A DNA stretch of 51,314 nucleotides from Candidatus Peribacteria bacterium RIFCSPHIGHO2_01_FULL_55_13 (GCA_001788925.1 MFXS01000041.1:1-51314), one strand, 5' to 3'; numbered from the stretch's first letter, positions 1 to 10,755 are shown. Numbers and translations: made by a program. The notes: generated from the letters alone by a model not told the origin.

Positions 1-2619
1 AGAAGAGTTTCCTACAAACTATTCAAGACTCAAGCCAGATTAGGAACCGCAAGGAATTATCTGTCGTTTCTCAAATACCACACTCACGAGGAAGCTGTTC
101 AAATGACTAAGCACCTCGATGACCCAGATGTTGAGTCAGAAAAACTTTCCGAAATGAACTTAGAAAAAGTGATCGCCTTCTTCCGTACTCAGCAGGGAGG
201 AGAGATGAAATTAAAAATCTATCTTCAATTTGCATATCCGAATCTGAGCGAGAAGGAAATCGACCGTCTAGTCATTCGCAGCTTCAAGAATATGTACGGT
301 GGCAAATCGATCACCAAGGAAGAAGAGTATCTGAAATGGGGGAGAAAACTGGCTCCCATAGAAATAAATAGGACGTATGCTCGGGAAACACGTGAAAACA
401 TCGTAACAATTAGTGGGAAAGCCCCTGGCTCTGAATGCGTACACGTTTGCGGCACATGGAGCCGCCAAGTGCGTGTAGAAGCAGATGGGATTTTTACTGT
501 GACTATTCCGTTGAAAATCGGACAGAGAAATGAAATCCGTTTGATGGGAATCGACCGCAATCAGGAGTACCGAAGTCAACAAGAGTTGATCGCAATCCGC
601 CAGACGGGAAAGTCGGATGATGTAGAGGCCTTGGTCCGTTTGCTTGAAGAAATGAAATATGAACTTGCCGCGCAGATAGCAGTGGATCCAGGTCGAAGAG
701 AGTATTTAGCTGAATGTATCGAACGTGTAGTGTTTAAGAAATTCGGACAGTCATTTGCTTCTGGGAAGAAATACATGAAAGATTTATTGCGCTGTACCAA
801 AAAGGGAATCGTGCATGACGTGATCGGCCATGTACTTGCCAAATTTCTTTGGATGGAGAGCATGCAATTACCCAACGTTCAAAAAGGTTCTTTGATGTTT
901 TTCCAGAAATACTGCACCACGAGAATCCGTGAAGCGATACGACAGGGCAAGAATGGAATCAACTTATGCAATGACCCTGGACTTGGAAAAACACGCACTG
1001 TTTGGGCCGCGGTTGCCGACCAGTCGGCAGTCGTATTCACTCCCAACTCCGTTGTGAGTGCATGGAATACTGAAGCCAGCAAATGTCTTGTTGATCCTGA
1101 CTTATTGGTGCTAGACGATTCTAGCCATGCTGTGCGCAAGAATCGGCTACGCAGCAGGACACATCAACGAAGGGTGACGAATACAAAATTCCTACAGAAG
1201 ACTGAAGATCAAGAGAGGTTCGACTTAGTCAGCAATGAGCATGATATTGTGGTTTTTGATGAAGCTCATAGCCGCAAAAATGAGCACAGTGAGCAGAGTA
1301 AGGGCGCGAGGAAGGTAAAACACAAATTCACAATCAACGTTACTGCAACTCTCGCACGTAATCCTGTTGAACTTAGAAAGATGCTGCATACTCTAGATCC
1401 CACCCGTCCAGAATTCAAAAGCGATGCGGCATTCATAAAAGCATTTCCGGCTGATGCTCCGGAAGCACTCAAGAGTCTGAAGCTGCTTGTGGACCAATAT
1501 ACAATCCGTTTCCAGAAGCACGAAGTAATGGAAGAAATCGATCCCGATGAGCCGCTCTCAAAGCAGCTATACCGGCTACCGAAAAAGGAGCGGATCTCTC
1601 CGGATAACATTGGAAAATTCGAGATGTCTGAGAGGCAGGCCGACGCCATTTTTGAACTCTTCGTAGACTGGCCTGCTTGGTGTCAAAAATATGGAAAATA
1701 TATTCCCGATAATGAAGTAAATAAGGAGGACGGCCTTCGGACCACAAAAGGCCAGGGTTTTGCAAAAATGCATGCCTTCCGCCAGATTATCAATAATCCA
1801 ACCTTTGTTGGAGATCGAAAATCGGTTGATCAGAAAGCTTGGCAAATGGAATGGATGATAAAAAAATGCATCAAAGAAGGACGAAAACCAGTCATATTCT
1901 GCAAATACGAAGCTCAGGCGCTTAAATACGCAGAACTATTCAAGAAATATAATCCTTCATCGTATACAGGGCAGACGTCTAGAAAAGGTGTTGTGAAGGA
2001 TGTTAATAATAAGCCGAAAAAATATTCGGTGCGTGATGGCCAATATTATGAGGACCCGAACGGTACTCCAATGAGCATGCTCGATTATGAATCTGAGAAA
2101 TTCCAAAATGATCCTACGAGTCAGCTACTCATTGTCACATATGGTGCGGGTTCAGTGGGTACTACATTCACAGCCGGCAAGACAATGATCTATGATGATC
2201 TTCCTTCTGATTGCAAGGAAGATATCCAGGCTGAAGACCGCATCCATCGTATCGATCCCAAGCGGCAAACACATGCCACTGTTCAATATCATCAGATGCA
2301 GGCTAGATATCCAAAACGGTTTTTGGAGCGCATGAGAAAGACTTGGATCCGCCGCAACACTGATGTTGATGGCAGAAAAATTTCCGGTTGGGAGGAATAC
2401 TCGAGCAAAGGTAGGCCGCAAGATGATGTAGAAAATAATCCCTGGGTTACTGCGTTTGAAACCTTCTTTGAACAGGGAACCTACGACCAAGTACAGAGCG
2501 AGAATCTAGTGAATCAAAGAATTGGCTTTCACCTTATGAATGATGGTATTGGCGACGAATCGGAAGTAATGCGGGATCAGAAGAAGTTCTTTGGTACTGA
2601 GAATGGGCATGAAGTCTGA
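1..2619 (+). CDS. SNF2-family (SF2) helicase/ATPase-like protein, probably 5'-truncated by the window
   Basis: Motif I NDPGLGKT, motif II DEAH, motif III TAT, motif VI QAEDRIHRI. The frame is open from base 1 to the ATG at 103, so the true start may lie upstream. Confidence 0.8.
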   Translation, partial: RRVSYKLFKTQARLGTARNYLSFLKYHTHEEAVQMTKHLDDPDVESEKLSEMNLEKVIAFFRTQQGGEMKLKIYLQFAYPNLSEKEIDRLVIRSFKNMYGGKSITKEEEYLKWGRKLAPIEINRTYARETRENIVTISGKAPGSECVHVCGTWSRQVRVEADGIFTVTIPLKIGQRNEIRLMGIDRNQEYRSQQELIAIRQTGKSDDVEALVRLLEEMKYELAAQIAVDPGRREYLAECIERVVFKKFGQSFASGKKYMKDLLRCTKKGIVHDVIGHVLAKFLWMESMQLPNVQKGSLMFFQKYCTTRIREAIRQGKNGINLCNDPGLGKTRTVWAAVADQSAVVFTPNSVVSAWNTEASKCLVDPDLLVLDDSSHAVRKNRLRSRTHQRRVTNTKFLQKTEDQERFDLVSNEHDIVVFDEAHSRKNEHSEQSKGARKVKHKFTINVTATLARNPVELRKMLHTLDPTRPEFKSDAAFIKAFPADAPEALKSLKLLVDQYTIRFQKHEVMEEIDPDEPLSKQLYRLPKKERISPDNIGKFEMSERQADAIFELFVDWPAWCQKYGKYIPDNEVNKEDGLRTTKGQGFAKMHAFRQIINNPTFVGDRKSVDQKAWQMEWMIKKCIKEGRKPVIFCKYEAQALKYAELFKKYNPSSYTGQTSRKGVVKDVNNKPKKYSVRDGQYYEDPNGTPMSMLDYESEKFQNDPTSQLLIVTYGAGSVGTTFTAGKTMIYDDLPSDCKEDIQAEDRIHRIDPKRQTHATVQYHQMQARYPKRFLERMRKTWIRRNTDVDGRKISGWEEYSSKGRPQDDVENNPWVTAFETFFEQGTYDQVQSENLVNQRIGFHLMNDGIGDESEVMRDQKKFFGTENGHEV

Positions 2620-2793
2620 GCTACTGAGGAAATTGCGAGGAGTCCGATTGTACTCCTTTTTATATAGAGAAGAGTACTGTGAGTTCGGAAAATAATCATT
2701 CGGCGGAGGGATGTGGCTAGAACAAATATTCCTTAATCCTAAGCCGCACCCCTCCGTGGGTGCGGCGCCGTGCGACGATAAAAGACCATTCGC

Positions 2794-2822
2794 GTGACGC
2801 CCGTCCTCCTCTCCTCTACAAT
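2794..2822 (+). promoter_or_regulatory. sigma70-type promoter, likely leaderless mRNA
   Basis: GTGACG-17 bp-TACAAT, with the ATG 8 nt after the -10. Confidence 0.5.
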
Positions 2823-2830
2823 TCTCGCCG

Positions 2831-4351
2831 ATGTCCTTTACCGTACGACGACTCAAAGAGCCTCCCAAGCGGCGTTTCCCGTGGAAACGCTCTCTCCTCT
2901 GGGGCATCACCTTCGCCCGGCCACTGCTCGGATGGTATCAGTCGTGGAAACGCCGACAGGAGGAAGAGCACCAGACGATGCTTCTGAAGCGCATCCTCTT
3001 TGTCCTCATTGCCGTCTTCCTCGCACTCTTTTTGATCGCGGGAACCGCCAAGGCGCTCGTGGGGCTGAAATCCTTGGGCCTGAAGACGCTGGTAAGCGTG
3101 ACCGGAGGAGAGCTGATGCACGATACAAACGGTTACACCAACATCCTTCTTCTCGGCCAGGGCGACAGCGGCCATGACGGCAAGGATCTGACCGATACGC
3201 TGATGGTGGCGAGCATCGATCCGACCCATACCCAGAGCGTGGTGGTGGTATCACTCCCCCGTGATCTTTATTTCCTCGCGACCGACAAGATGGGCAAGGG
3301 CCGCATCAACAGCCTCTACCGCGATTACAAGGGATACCTGCGCGGCACCGGGATGGAAACGCCCGCGGCTTCCAAGGAAGCGATGCGCGAACTCTCTCTG
3401 GAGATCGGCCGGACACTGGGAATGGAGATCCATGGCGTCATCAAAGTAGACTTTGAAGGATTCGTGGACGCGGTGGACGTGATCGGCGGGATCGATGTCA
3501 CGGTTCCCGAAGACATCGTGGATACGGAGTACCCGGATGAAAACTACGGATACGAAACCTTCTCCTTGCGTTCGGGCCCGCAGCATTTGGATGGGGCGAC
3601 GGCACTCAAGTACGTCAGAAGCCGGCACAGCAGCAGCGACTTCAGCCGTTCCGCCCGCCAGCAGCAGATCATCATCGCGATGGCGGAGAAGTCCAAGACC
3701 GAAAAACTCCACCGCGACGTGGGCGCCATCACGGAACTCCTCTCGGTGATGCGCGAGCACGTGGAGACTACCTTTGGTATCCGCGAATTGATCGCCCTTG
3801 GAGGAGTGGCCGATAAGATCGACCGCACACGGGTGGTGACGATGCAACTCTCAGACAGAAACGGCCTCTATAACTCGCTGCCGCAGCCCGGAGGCTTCCT
3901 CTATGCCCCGCCCAGAGAACTCTTCGGTGGCGCTTCGGTGCTGCTCCCCGTCTCGATCCCCGAGTACCCCGTCACCTGGAAGCAGGTACAGGCACTTTCC
4001 AAGATCCTCTTCGCGAAGCGTTCGATTTATCTGGGCAATCCCCAGATCAGCATTCTGAATGCCGGAGCAAAGCCGGGCTCCGCGCGGGCACTGAGTAATG
4101 AACTGGTCCGCTACGGATTCGAAGTCGACTACGTCAACAACGCCGAGACACTTCCGGATCAGGAGAAATCATGGATTTTTGAGCGATCAGCCGAAGCACA
4201 AACCCCCGAAGCAGCCTTCTTTGTAGATCTGCTGAAGCTGCCGGCGCAAGCAAGTACGGAACTGACCTCGGAGGAACTGCGGACAGTGACGATCGTGCTG
4301 GGAAAAGATTATACGTATCAGCCGATGCAGGATCTCCTGCCTGCGCAGTAG
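2831..4351 (+). CDS. LytR-CpsA-Psr (LCP) family cell-wall transferase with LytR C-terminal domain
   Basis: N-terminal TM helix; NILLLG, TDTLMV, SLPRDLY, ALKYVRSRH and DFSRSARQQ motifs; C-terminal ILNAG...IVLGKD. Confidence 0.92.
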   Translation: MSFTVRRLKEPPKRRFPWKRSLLWGITFARPLLGWYQSWKRRQEEEHQTMLLKRILFVLIAVFLALFLIAGTAKALVGLKSLGLKTLVSVTGGELMHDTNGYTNILLLGQGDSGHDGKDLTDTLMVASIDPTHTQSVVVVSLPRDLYFLATDKMGKGRINSLYRDYKGYLRGTGMETPAASKEAMRELSLEIGRTLGMEIHGVIKVDFEGFVDAVDVIGGIDVTVPEDIVDTEYPDENYGYETFSLRSGPQHLDGATALKYVRSRHSSSDFSRSARQQQIIIAMAEKSKTEKLHRDVGAITELLSVMREHVETTFGIRELIALGGVADKIDRTRVVTMQLSDRNGLYNSLPQPGGFLYAPPRELFGGASVLLPVSIPEYPVTWKQVQALSKILFAKRSIYLGNPQISILNAGAKPGSARALSNELVRYGFEVDYVNNAETLPDQEKSWIFERSAEAQTPEAAFFVDLLKLPAQASTELTSEELRTVTIVLGKDYTYQPMQDLLPAQ

Positions 4352-4438
4352 ACGATTTATGATTGACGATTGATGATTTACGATTTTCTGCTTTCGGCTG
4401 TAAATCGTAAATGTGTAAATCGTAAATCGCCAATCGTC
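4352..4438. repeat. Inverted pair of heptamer tandem-repeat arrays (ACGATTT/ATGATTG-like versus TAAATCG)
   Basis: Intergenic 7-nt periodic arrays facing each other. Confidence 0.8.
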
Positions 4439-4476
4439 TTGTCCCGATTTCCTGTATCCTGATCCCAATCTTCCCT

Positions 4477-5388
4477 ATGACACCTCGAGAGATCATCGCC
4501 AAAGCCTGGGCCATTACCAAGAAGGAACGGGGCATCCGCGCATGGGGATACGTGGGCTCGTTTTTCGAGACGATGCTCCATCTGAAGGTTCTCCTGTATC
4601 AGATCTACTTCTTCTGGAGCTTCATCATCGTCGGTAATACGGTCGGTCTCTTTGAGATTGAAGAGATGCTCTATGCATATCTCCCCGTGGAAGTCTTCGC
4701 CACCATCATCATCATCTTCCTGGTGATGTTCGTCATCGAAATCTTCCTGCCGAGCCTGTGCCTGGGCGCCATCATCGGCTTAAGCGCCAAGTCCTACCGT
4801 AAGGAAGAGGTGAAGGGTGGTCTGGTGCTGGGGCTCTACAACTTTTTCCCGCTGTTTGTGCTCAAAGAGGCCCTGGTATTAAGCAGCGTTTCGATGGCCG
4901 TTACCTTTAGTTCCCTGATCCTGCGCTACGGCGAGAACCGGGGCCTGATTATCTTCCTGCTGTGTGCTCTGTGGTTCCTGTGGCTCTTTTCCATGATGCT
5001 GAAATTCCTCCTGAGCTTCGCCGAGGAAAGCGTCGTCATCCGCAAGGTCTCCACGTTCAACGCCATGGGGAAAAGCTTCAAGATGGTGATCAGCCATCTC
5101 AGCAAAATCGTGTTCCTGATCATCCTTCTCTTCGTGATTTCGCTGCGTATTCTTATCAATGCCCTCATGGCGCTGCTTCTTCCCGCACTCATCGTCGGAT
5201 TCGCCTTCCTCTTCTCGCTCTTTCTTTCTGCAACTCTCACGGTGCTCCTCACCGGCATCATCGCGGTGATTTTGATCGGACTCGCCAGTTACCTCTTTGC
5301 CTACCTCGAAGTTTTCAAACAGACCGCGTGGACGATTACGTTCCTCGAACTCAATGCACTGAAGGATTTGGATGTCATCGAGGAATAA
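4477..5388 (+). CDS. Multi-pass integral membrane protein, function unknown
   Basis: 303 aa with about 6 hydrophobic segments; co-oriented with neighbours. Confidence 0.8.
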   Translation: MTPREIIAKAWAITKKERGIRAWGYVGSFFETMLHLKVLLYQIYFFWSFIIVGNTVGLFEIEEMLYAYLPVEVFATIIIIFLVMFVIEIFLPSLCLGAIIGLSAKSYRKEEVKGGLVLGLYNFFPLFVLKEALVLSSVSMAVTFSSLILRYGENRGLIIFLLCALWFLWLFSMMLKFLLSFAEESVVIRKVSTFNAMGKSFKMVISHLSKIVFLIILLFVISLRILINALMALLLPALIVGFAFLFSLFLSATLTVLLTGIIAVILIGLASYLFAYLEVFKQTAWTITFLELNALKDLDVIEE

Positions 5389-5394
5389 AAGCCC

Positions 5395-5424
5395 TTGACG
5401 GTGTACGGACGGACACCCTATGAT
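5395..5424 (+). promoter_or_regulatory. lexA promoter with a palindromic operator (candidate SOS box) between -35 and -10
   Basis: TTGACG (5395-5400), 18 bp, TATGAT (5419-5424); GGTGTAC-GGAC-GGACACC at 5400-5417. Confidence 0.7.
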
Positions 5425-5433
5425 GGTGTACGT

Positions 5434-6042
5434 ATGATCACCCTCACCCCCCACCAACGCACGGTTTTGAGTTTCGTGCGTGAATTCCAGACGAAACGGG
5501 GCTACAGCCCTTCACTGACCGATCTCGCGGTGGCCTTCGGCGTCCGCAGCAAGAACGCCGTTGCCAAAGTAGTACGGGCGCTCACCAAGATGGGATTTCT
5601 GGAGAAAGATCCCCGCGGGCGCATCAAGTTCACGGAGATGACGGAGCGTGATGAACGTCCGGCCGCTCTCGCTCTTCCCCTCTTCGGGCCCATTGCCGCA
5701 GGATTCGCGGCGCCGGTAGAAGAGCAGGCGGAAGAGATGGTTACGCTCGACCAGTACATGATCCGCGACCGCACGAAGACGTTCCTGCTTCGAGTGAAGG
5801 GTGACAGCATGATCGACGCCGGCATCTTCGAAGGTGACCTCGTGATCGTGGAGCGGGGTAAAGAACCACGGGCGGGAGACATCGTCGTGGGAATCCTCGA
5901 CGGGGAGTTCACCTTGAAACGGCTGCGGAAAGATAAGGGGAAGTATTATCTGCAGGCGGAGAACCCGGCGTATCCCGATATGTATGCGCTGGAAGAGCTG
6001 CAGGTGGCGGGAGTCGTAAAGGGCATCATGCGAAAGTATTAG
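5434..6042 (+). CDS. lexA: LexA repressor
   Basis: N-terminal LTPHQR...GYSPSLTDL winged HTH, Ala-Gly cleavage site (IAAG), catalytic Ser (GDSM) and Lys (FTLK). Start moved to ATG 5434 because the track's TTG start is the -35 box. Confidence 0.92.
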   Translation: MITLTPHQRTVLSFVREFQTKRGYSPSLTDLAVAFGVRSKNAVAKVVRALTKMGFLEKDPRGRIKFTEMTERDERPAALALPLFGPIAAGFAAPVEEQAEEMVTLDQYMIRDRTKTFLLRVKGDSMIDAGIFEGDLVIVERGKEPRAGDIVVGILDGEFTLKRLRKDKGKYYLQAENPAYPDMYALEELQVAGVVKGIMRKY

Positions 6043-6046
6043 AAGC

Positions 6047-6130
6047 AAATTAGCAATTAGGAACTAGCAATTAGAAATTAATATTCCAGATTAAGGATCA
6101 TTGCTAATTCCTAATTTCTAATTGCTAATT
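6047..6130. repeat. Inverted pair of heptamer tandem arrays (AATTAGC / GCTAATT)
   Basis: Periodic 7-mers between lexA and dinB. Confidence 0.8.
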
Positions 6131-6137
6131 CATTTCC

Positions 6138-7382
6138 ATGATCGCCCACATCGACGTCGACGCCTTCTTCGCTTCCGTCCTCGTGCGCAGCGATCCTTCC
6201 CTCCAGGGAAAACCCCTCCTCGCCTTAGGGATGGGCGGGGGCTGCGTTATTGCCGCAAGTTACGAGGCCAAGGCAAAAGGAGTGAAGACAGGGATGCGGC
6301 TTCTCGACGCACGCAAGATCTGCCCCGGCGCCGTCGAACGCATCTCCGACTTCGCCGAAGCCTGCCGGGCATCCGCGCACATCGAAGAGATCTTAGGGCG
6401 CGAGTGTCCGGACATGGAAAAGATGTCCGTGGACGAATGGTTTTTGGATCTTCGCACTCTTGTGGGGGGAATCCCGAAGAATCCTGCTGTGTGGGCACAA
6501 GATATTCGGATGATGATCCAGCGACATCTCGCTTTGAGTGTCTCGGTGGGCATCGGTCCGACGAAGACCATCGCAAAAATGGCCAGCGAATACCGAAAAC
6601 CTGCAGGGATTACTATTGTCACTTCTCCAGAAACTCCTTTACGTAATTCTCAATTTTCAATTTTCAATTTTCAATTCCTCCGTGATCGTCCCGCTGCTGC
6701 CGTGCCGGGTTTGGGCCCGCGAAGAATGATTCATGCCGAAAAACACGGTTGGAAAACCGCGTGGGATTTTGCCAACGCTCCAAAGGATACGGTCGTACAC
6801 CTCTTCGGGCGTCCGGGGGGTGAGCTGCAACAGGAACTTCTGGGGACGGTGATGTACCCACTGCAGGTGAACGAACGTCCACCCAAGTCCATTTCGCGCT
6901 GCAGGAGCTTCCGGAGAACTGGCAACGAAATGGCCGTCTACGGACAATTACAGGAACATATGACGGTGACCGTGATGCGTATGCGCAAGGAAGGACTCAG
7001 TGCGCGCAACATGAGCGTGTGGGTGCGCGACCAGGAGTATGACCACGCCGGAGCCGAGTGCCGCCTCCCCCGCCCCATGGATACGGAAGAGGAATTGCTG
7101 CCCTACGCGCGCCGCGCCTTCCGCCAAGTATGGAAAAAAGGAGGGATGGCCACGCAGGTAGGACTGGCTCTCTACAATCTCTCACCAGCCGGAGGAAACC
7201 AGTACTCGCTCTTTGAAGATCCTGCTGCATCCCATCGCCGAGGAAATATTCAGGAAGCCCTGGACGAAATCCACAACCGATTCGGACGCGATGCCGTGGT
7301 CCGGGGACCGGTGGTGGCACTGGGGCGAGAGCGAAAGAAGAGGACGACGATGGTGGGGGATGTGTTTAGCCAATCATCTTGA
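6138..7382 (+). CDS. dinB: Y-family DNA polymerase (DinB/Pol IV-like)
   Basis: HIDVDAFFAS, AASYEAK, SVDE, SVGIG..KTIAKMAS..KP motifs; C-terminal QYSLF clamp-binding-like motif. Confidence 0.9.
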   Translation: MIAHIDVDAFFASVLVRSDPSLQGKPLLALGMGGGCVIAASYEAKAKGVKTGMRLLDARKICPGAVERISDFAEACRASAHIEEILGRECPDMEKMSVDEWFLDLRTLVGGIPKNPAVWAQDIRMMIQRHLALSVSVGIGPTKTIAKMASEYRKPAGITIVTSPETPLRNSQFSIFNFQFLRDRPAAAVPGLGPRRMIHAEKHGWKTAWDFANAPKDTVVHLFGRPGGELQQELLGTVMYPLQVNERPPKSISRCRSFRRTGNEMAVYGQLQEHMTVTVMRMRKEGLSARNMSVWVRDQEYDHAGAECRLPRPMDTEEELLPYARRAFRQVWKKGGMATQVGLALYNLSPAGGNQYSLFEDPAASHRRGNIQEALDEIHNRFGRDAVVRGPVVALGRERKKRTTMVGDVFSQSS

Positions 7383-10032
7383 GCCGCTCCGTGATTTTCC
7401 GGAGCTTCTCTGCGCCCGTTTCCAGTTTTTCCTTCTCGGCCACAATCACCTTTTCCGGTGCGCGAGCTACGAATTCTTTATTACCCAGTTTTGCCTCGAT
7501 GCCTTTCACATATTTTTCCAATTCCACCTTCTCCTTCTCCAATGTTTTGCGCTCCGCGGCAATATCGATCACCCCCTCAAGCGGCACATGCACTTCAATC
7601 TCGGGCAAAAATACACTCCCCGCATTCTTATGCGGCTTCGCATCGGTATCGAACGTAAGACTGCTGATTTTTCCCATACGTCGGATGTGCCCCTCCTGGG
7701 ATTCCAGAAGTTCCACCCATTTTTTCGTGTGGATGATCGTGGAGATCTCTTTTCCCGGCTCGATTCCCTGATCTGCGCGGATTTTTCGAACAGCCTGAAT
7801 GACGGAAATCAGCTGCAGGAATGCCTCTTCGGCTTTCGTATCCACCAATTCCTTCTTCACTTCCGGCCAGGGCTTGCTGATGAGCATGCCGGCATCCTCC
7901 GCTTTCACCTGCGACCAGAGTTCTTCCGTCACAAAGGGGCAGTACGGGTGCAAAAGCTGGAGAATTTTTCTCAGAATATGAACGAGGACCGCCGTGTTTG
8001 CATTCCCTTTCGAAAGTTCCAGATACCAGTCACAGAAATCGTCCCACACGAAACTGTAAAGGGTGTCCCCTGCTTCGCTTAAGCGATACTCGGTGAGTCC
8101 CTCCGTCACTTTTTTGGTGATCGTCTGCAGTCGCGAGAGCATCGCGCGGTCGGCGAGAGAGAGATCCGAACTTTTTGGAAGTTTCGTGATGGATTTTGGA
8201 TCAACTCCTGCTTGCTCGCACTGAAGAAGGACGAACCGCGACGCGTTCCAGAGCTTGTTCACAAAATTCCGGTATCCGGCAATTTTCTCTTCGTAGAGCC
8301 GTGAATCGGCTCCCGGACTCTGTCCGACGATCATCGACAGGCGCAGCGCGTCTGCGCCGTAGTTTTGAATCATATCCAGCGGGTCGATCATCGTTTCCGG
8401 ATGTGACTTACTCATTTTTTTCCCGTCGCGCGTCCGAATGAGACCGTGGAGATAGACCGTCTTGAACGGAATCTGTCCCGTCGCATAGGTCGTCATCAGA
8501 ATCATGCGCGCGACCCAGAAGAAAAGGATGTCGTAGCCGGTCTCCATCACGCTTGTGGGATGGAACATCTGGAAATCGGGGCTCTGCTTCAGAATTTCTT
8601 CGAGGGATAACGCGGGGTCGGCCGCTTTTTTGGGATCGATCAGCGTGGACCACGTCCAGAGCGCCGAAGAGAACCAGGTATCGAGAGTGTCGGCGTCCTG
8701 TTCCCATCCTTTTCCCGGAGAATCTGCTCCAATCTGCATTGCATCGTCCTTGTACCAGACCGGTACCCTGTGTCCCCACCAGATCTGGCGGCTGATGCAC
8801 CAGTCACGGAGATTATCGATCCAGTGGAAATACGTTTTGTCGAAGCGTTCGGGGATGATCGTGATATCGCCGTGATGCACGACGGAATGCATGATCTGCT
8901 TGAGGCTCATCTGCTCTCCTTTCCACGGCACCATCTCTTTATTCACGTCGATGAACCATTGCAATTTAATCTGCGGCTCGATTCCTCCACCGCCGCGCTG
9001 GCTGACGGCTTTATTATGGACATAATTCTCGTCAACTTTAACGAGTAACCCTTTGCTCTTCAGTTTTTCGACAATGAGTGGACGGGCGTCGTCGATTTTC
9101 ATCCCGGCGAATTCTCCGGCGACCGGAAGAAGCTTGCCGTCAAAACCGATGATCTGCTCTTTCTCGAGTCCGTGCTTCTCGGCGATGGCGAAGTCTGTGT
9201 GGTCGTGCCACGGCGTGATCGTCATCACACCGGTGCCGAATTCCGGATCGATGGATGCGTCCTTGATGACGGTCGCCCGTACGGGCCCGTTGATCCACTC
9301 GGCCTCGAAGGTCTCGCCATGCTTGTACTTGGCGTAGCGCTTATCCTCCGGATGCATCACCACGTACTTGTCGCCGAATTTCGTCTCGGGGCGCGCGGTG
9401 GCGATCTGGAACGGCCCGTATTGGAACGTATAGAAGAAGCTCATTTCCTCTTTGTATTCCACTTCGTCATCGGAGACGGTGGTCTGGAGCTTCGGATCCC
9501 AATTCACGATGCGGTGCCCTCTATAGATGAGGCCGTCGCCGTACATCCGCGCGAAGACTTCGTTCACGCAGCGGTTGAGTGACGGCTCAAATGTGTAGCG
9601 CTCTCTGGACCAGTCGCAGGAAGACCCCATTTTCCGCACCTGGGAACGAATGGTAGCTTTACTTTTCTCCACGAACTTCGCGATCTCCGCGATGAGCGCC
9701 TCGCGGCCGAGCTCTTTACGCGGATCGCGCATGCCCCCGTCTTTGAGTAGCTTGATCACGACGTTCTCCGTGGCGATGGCTGCGTGGTCGGTGCCGGGCA
9801 CCCATAGGGCCTTCTTGCCCCGCATACGCTGAAATCGGATGAAGATGTCTTCGAGCGCCAGCATCACCGCATGGCCGAGATGCAGCTGCCCCGTGGCATT
9901 GGGCGGCGGCATGGAGATCGTAAACGGCTCCCCCTTCGGGTCGCAGCTTTCCGGGCGAAACGCACCGGACTCCTCCCACTTCGTATAGATGGAGTCTTCG
10001 ACGGACGATGGGTCGTAGGCTTTGGGAAGCAT
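7366..10032 (-). CDS. valS: Valine--tRNA ligase
   Basis: PPPNATGQLHLGH, DWCISRQIWWGH, KMSKS, C-terminal coiled coil. The 3' end overlaps dinB by 17 bp. Confidence 0.97.
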   Translation of the reverse strand: MLPKAYDPSSVEDSIYTKWEESGAFRPESCDPKGEPFTISMPPPNATGQLHLGHAVMLALEDIFIRFQRMRGKKALWVPGTDHAAIATENVVIKLLKDGGMRDPRKELGREALIAEIAKFVEKSKATIRSQVRKMGSSCDWSRERYTFEPSLNRCVNEVFARMYGDGLIYRGHRIVNWDPKLQTTVSDDEVEYKEEMSFFYTFQYGPFQIATARPETKFGDKYVVMHPEDKRYAKYKHGETFEAEWINGPVRATVIKDASIDPEFGTGVMTITPWHDHTDFAIAEKHGLEKEQIIGFDGKLLPVAGEFAGMKIDDARPLIVEKLKSKGLLVKVDENYVHNKAVSQRGGGGIEPQIKLQWFIDVNKEMVPWKGEQMSLKQIMHSVVHHGDITIIPERFDKTYFHWIDNLRDWCISRQIWWGHRVPVWYKDDAMQIGADSPGKGWEQDADTLDTWFSSALWTWSTLIDPKKAADPALSLEEILKQSPDFQMFHPTSVMETGYDILFFWVARMILMTTYATGQIPFKTVYLHGLIRTRDGKKMSKSHPETMIDPLDMIQNYGADALRLSMIVGQSPGADSRLYEEKIAGYRNFVNKLWNASRFVLLQCEQAGVDPKSITKLPKSSDLSLADRAMLSRLQTITKKVTEGLTEYRLSEAGDTLYSFVWDDFCDWYLELSKGNANTAVLVHILRKILQLLHPYCPFVTEELWSQVKAEDAGMLISKPWPEVKKELVDTKAEEAFLQLISVIQAVRKIRADQGIEPGKEISTIIHTKKWVELLESQEGHIRRMGKISSLTFDTDAKPHKNAGSVFLPEIEVHVPLEGVIDIAAERKTLEKEKVELEKYVKGIEAKLGNKEFVARAPEKVIVAEKEKLETGAEKLRKITERLKMIG

Positions 10033-10059
10033 GGAGCCAGCGCAGTGTAGCGTTTAAAG

Positions 10060-10329
10060 ATGCACCAATCTAATAAGCCGCCGAAGCGCGGGTCTCGCGG
10101 GCCCCGCGCTGGAGGCGCTCCACTAAGGGAAAAGAGGGCTCATGGGAGAGAAACCGTAGGTTTCTCTTCCATGCATCAAAAAACGGCCGCTACCCTTGCG
10201 GGCGCGGCCATCGAAGAAAGGAAAGAGCAGGAAACTTCTTTCGAAGCCGCGACTTTTTACCGCACTATGGTCAAAGGGCGCAAGAAAAAAGAGGAGAATC
10301 TGCTCAACAGATCGGCGGAAGAGTTGTAG
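10060..10329 (+). CDS. Hypothetical protein (start uncertain, possibly ATG 10171)
   Basis: ORF only; the 5' part contains a GC-rich palindrome and may be non-coding. Confidence 0.3.
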   Translation: MHQSNKPPKRGSRGPRAGGAPLREKRAHGRETVGFSSMHQKTAATLAGAAIEERKEQETSFEAATFYRTMVKGRKKKEENLLNRSAEEL

Positions 10330-10341
10330 AATCTCATTACA

Positions 10342-10755
10342 ATGTTTCGCTCAAATGTCATTTCGAAGACTGGCGAACTGATCGCGAAGGACACCGCAGG
10401 GAATCCTGATGCAACCGATACCCTCGGTATGATTCGCGGAGCTGTTGGCTATTTCGGGGCAAAGATCCAACGACTGATCACGCGTCCGGCAAACGTACTC
10501 ATTGATCTCCCCAGCGACAAGCAGTACGCCCTTGCTCCCCGCGACGGAATCACCTCGGAAACGCGCGCAATGATCCAAGAAGTATGGGAAACCCAATGGG
10601 TACATAATGGCATTGGCCGCATCGTCAATGTGGTGCCCAAAGCCATCAAAGCCCTCATTAGTGCCCCGGATGCCATTGGTCGGGATGCTCTGCAGCTCAT
10701 TGGTGGGGGAAGACCAAACGATGGATACAGGCTCACTCCCGTCGGTAACGCATAA
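10342..10755 (+). CDS. Hypothetical protein
   Basis: 137-aa ORF with plausible composition filling the gap. Confidence 0.6.
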   Translation: MFRSNVISKTGELIAKDTAGNPDATDTLGMIRGAVGYFGAKIQRLITRPANVLIDLPSDKQYALAPRDGITSETRAMIQEVWETQWVHNGIGRIVNVVPKAIKALISAPDAIGRDALQLIGGGRPNDGYRLTPVGNA

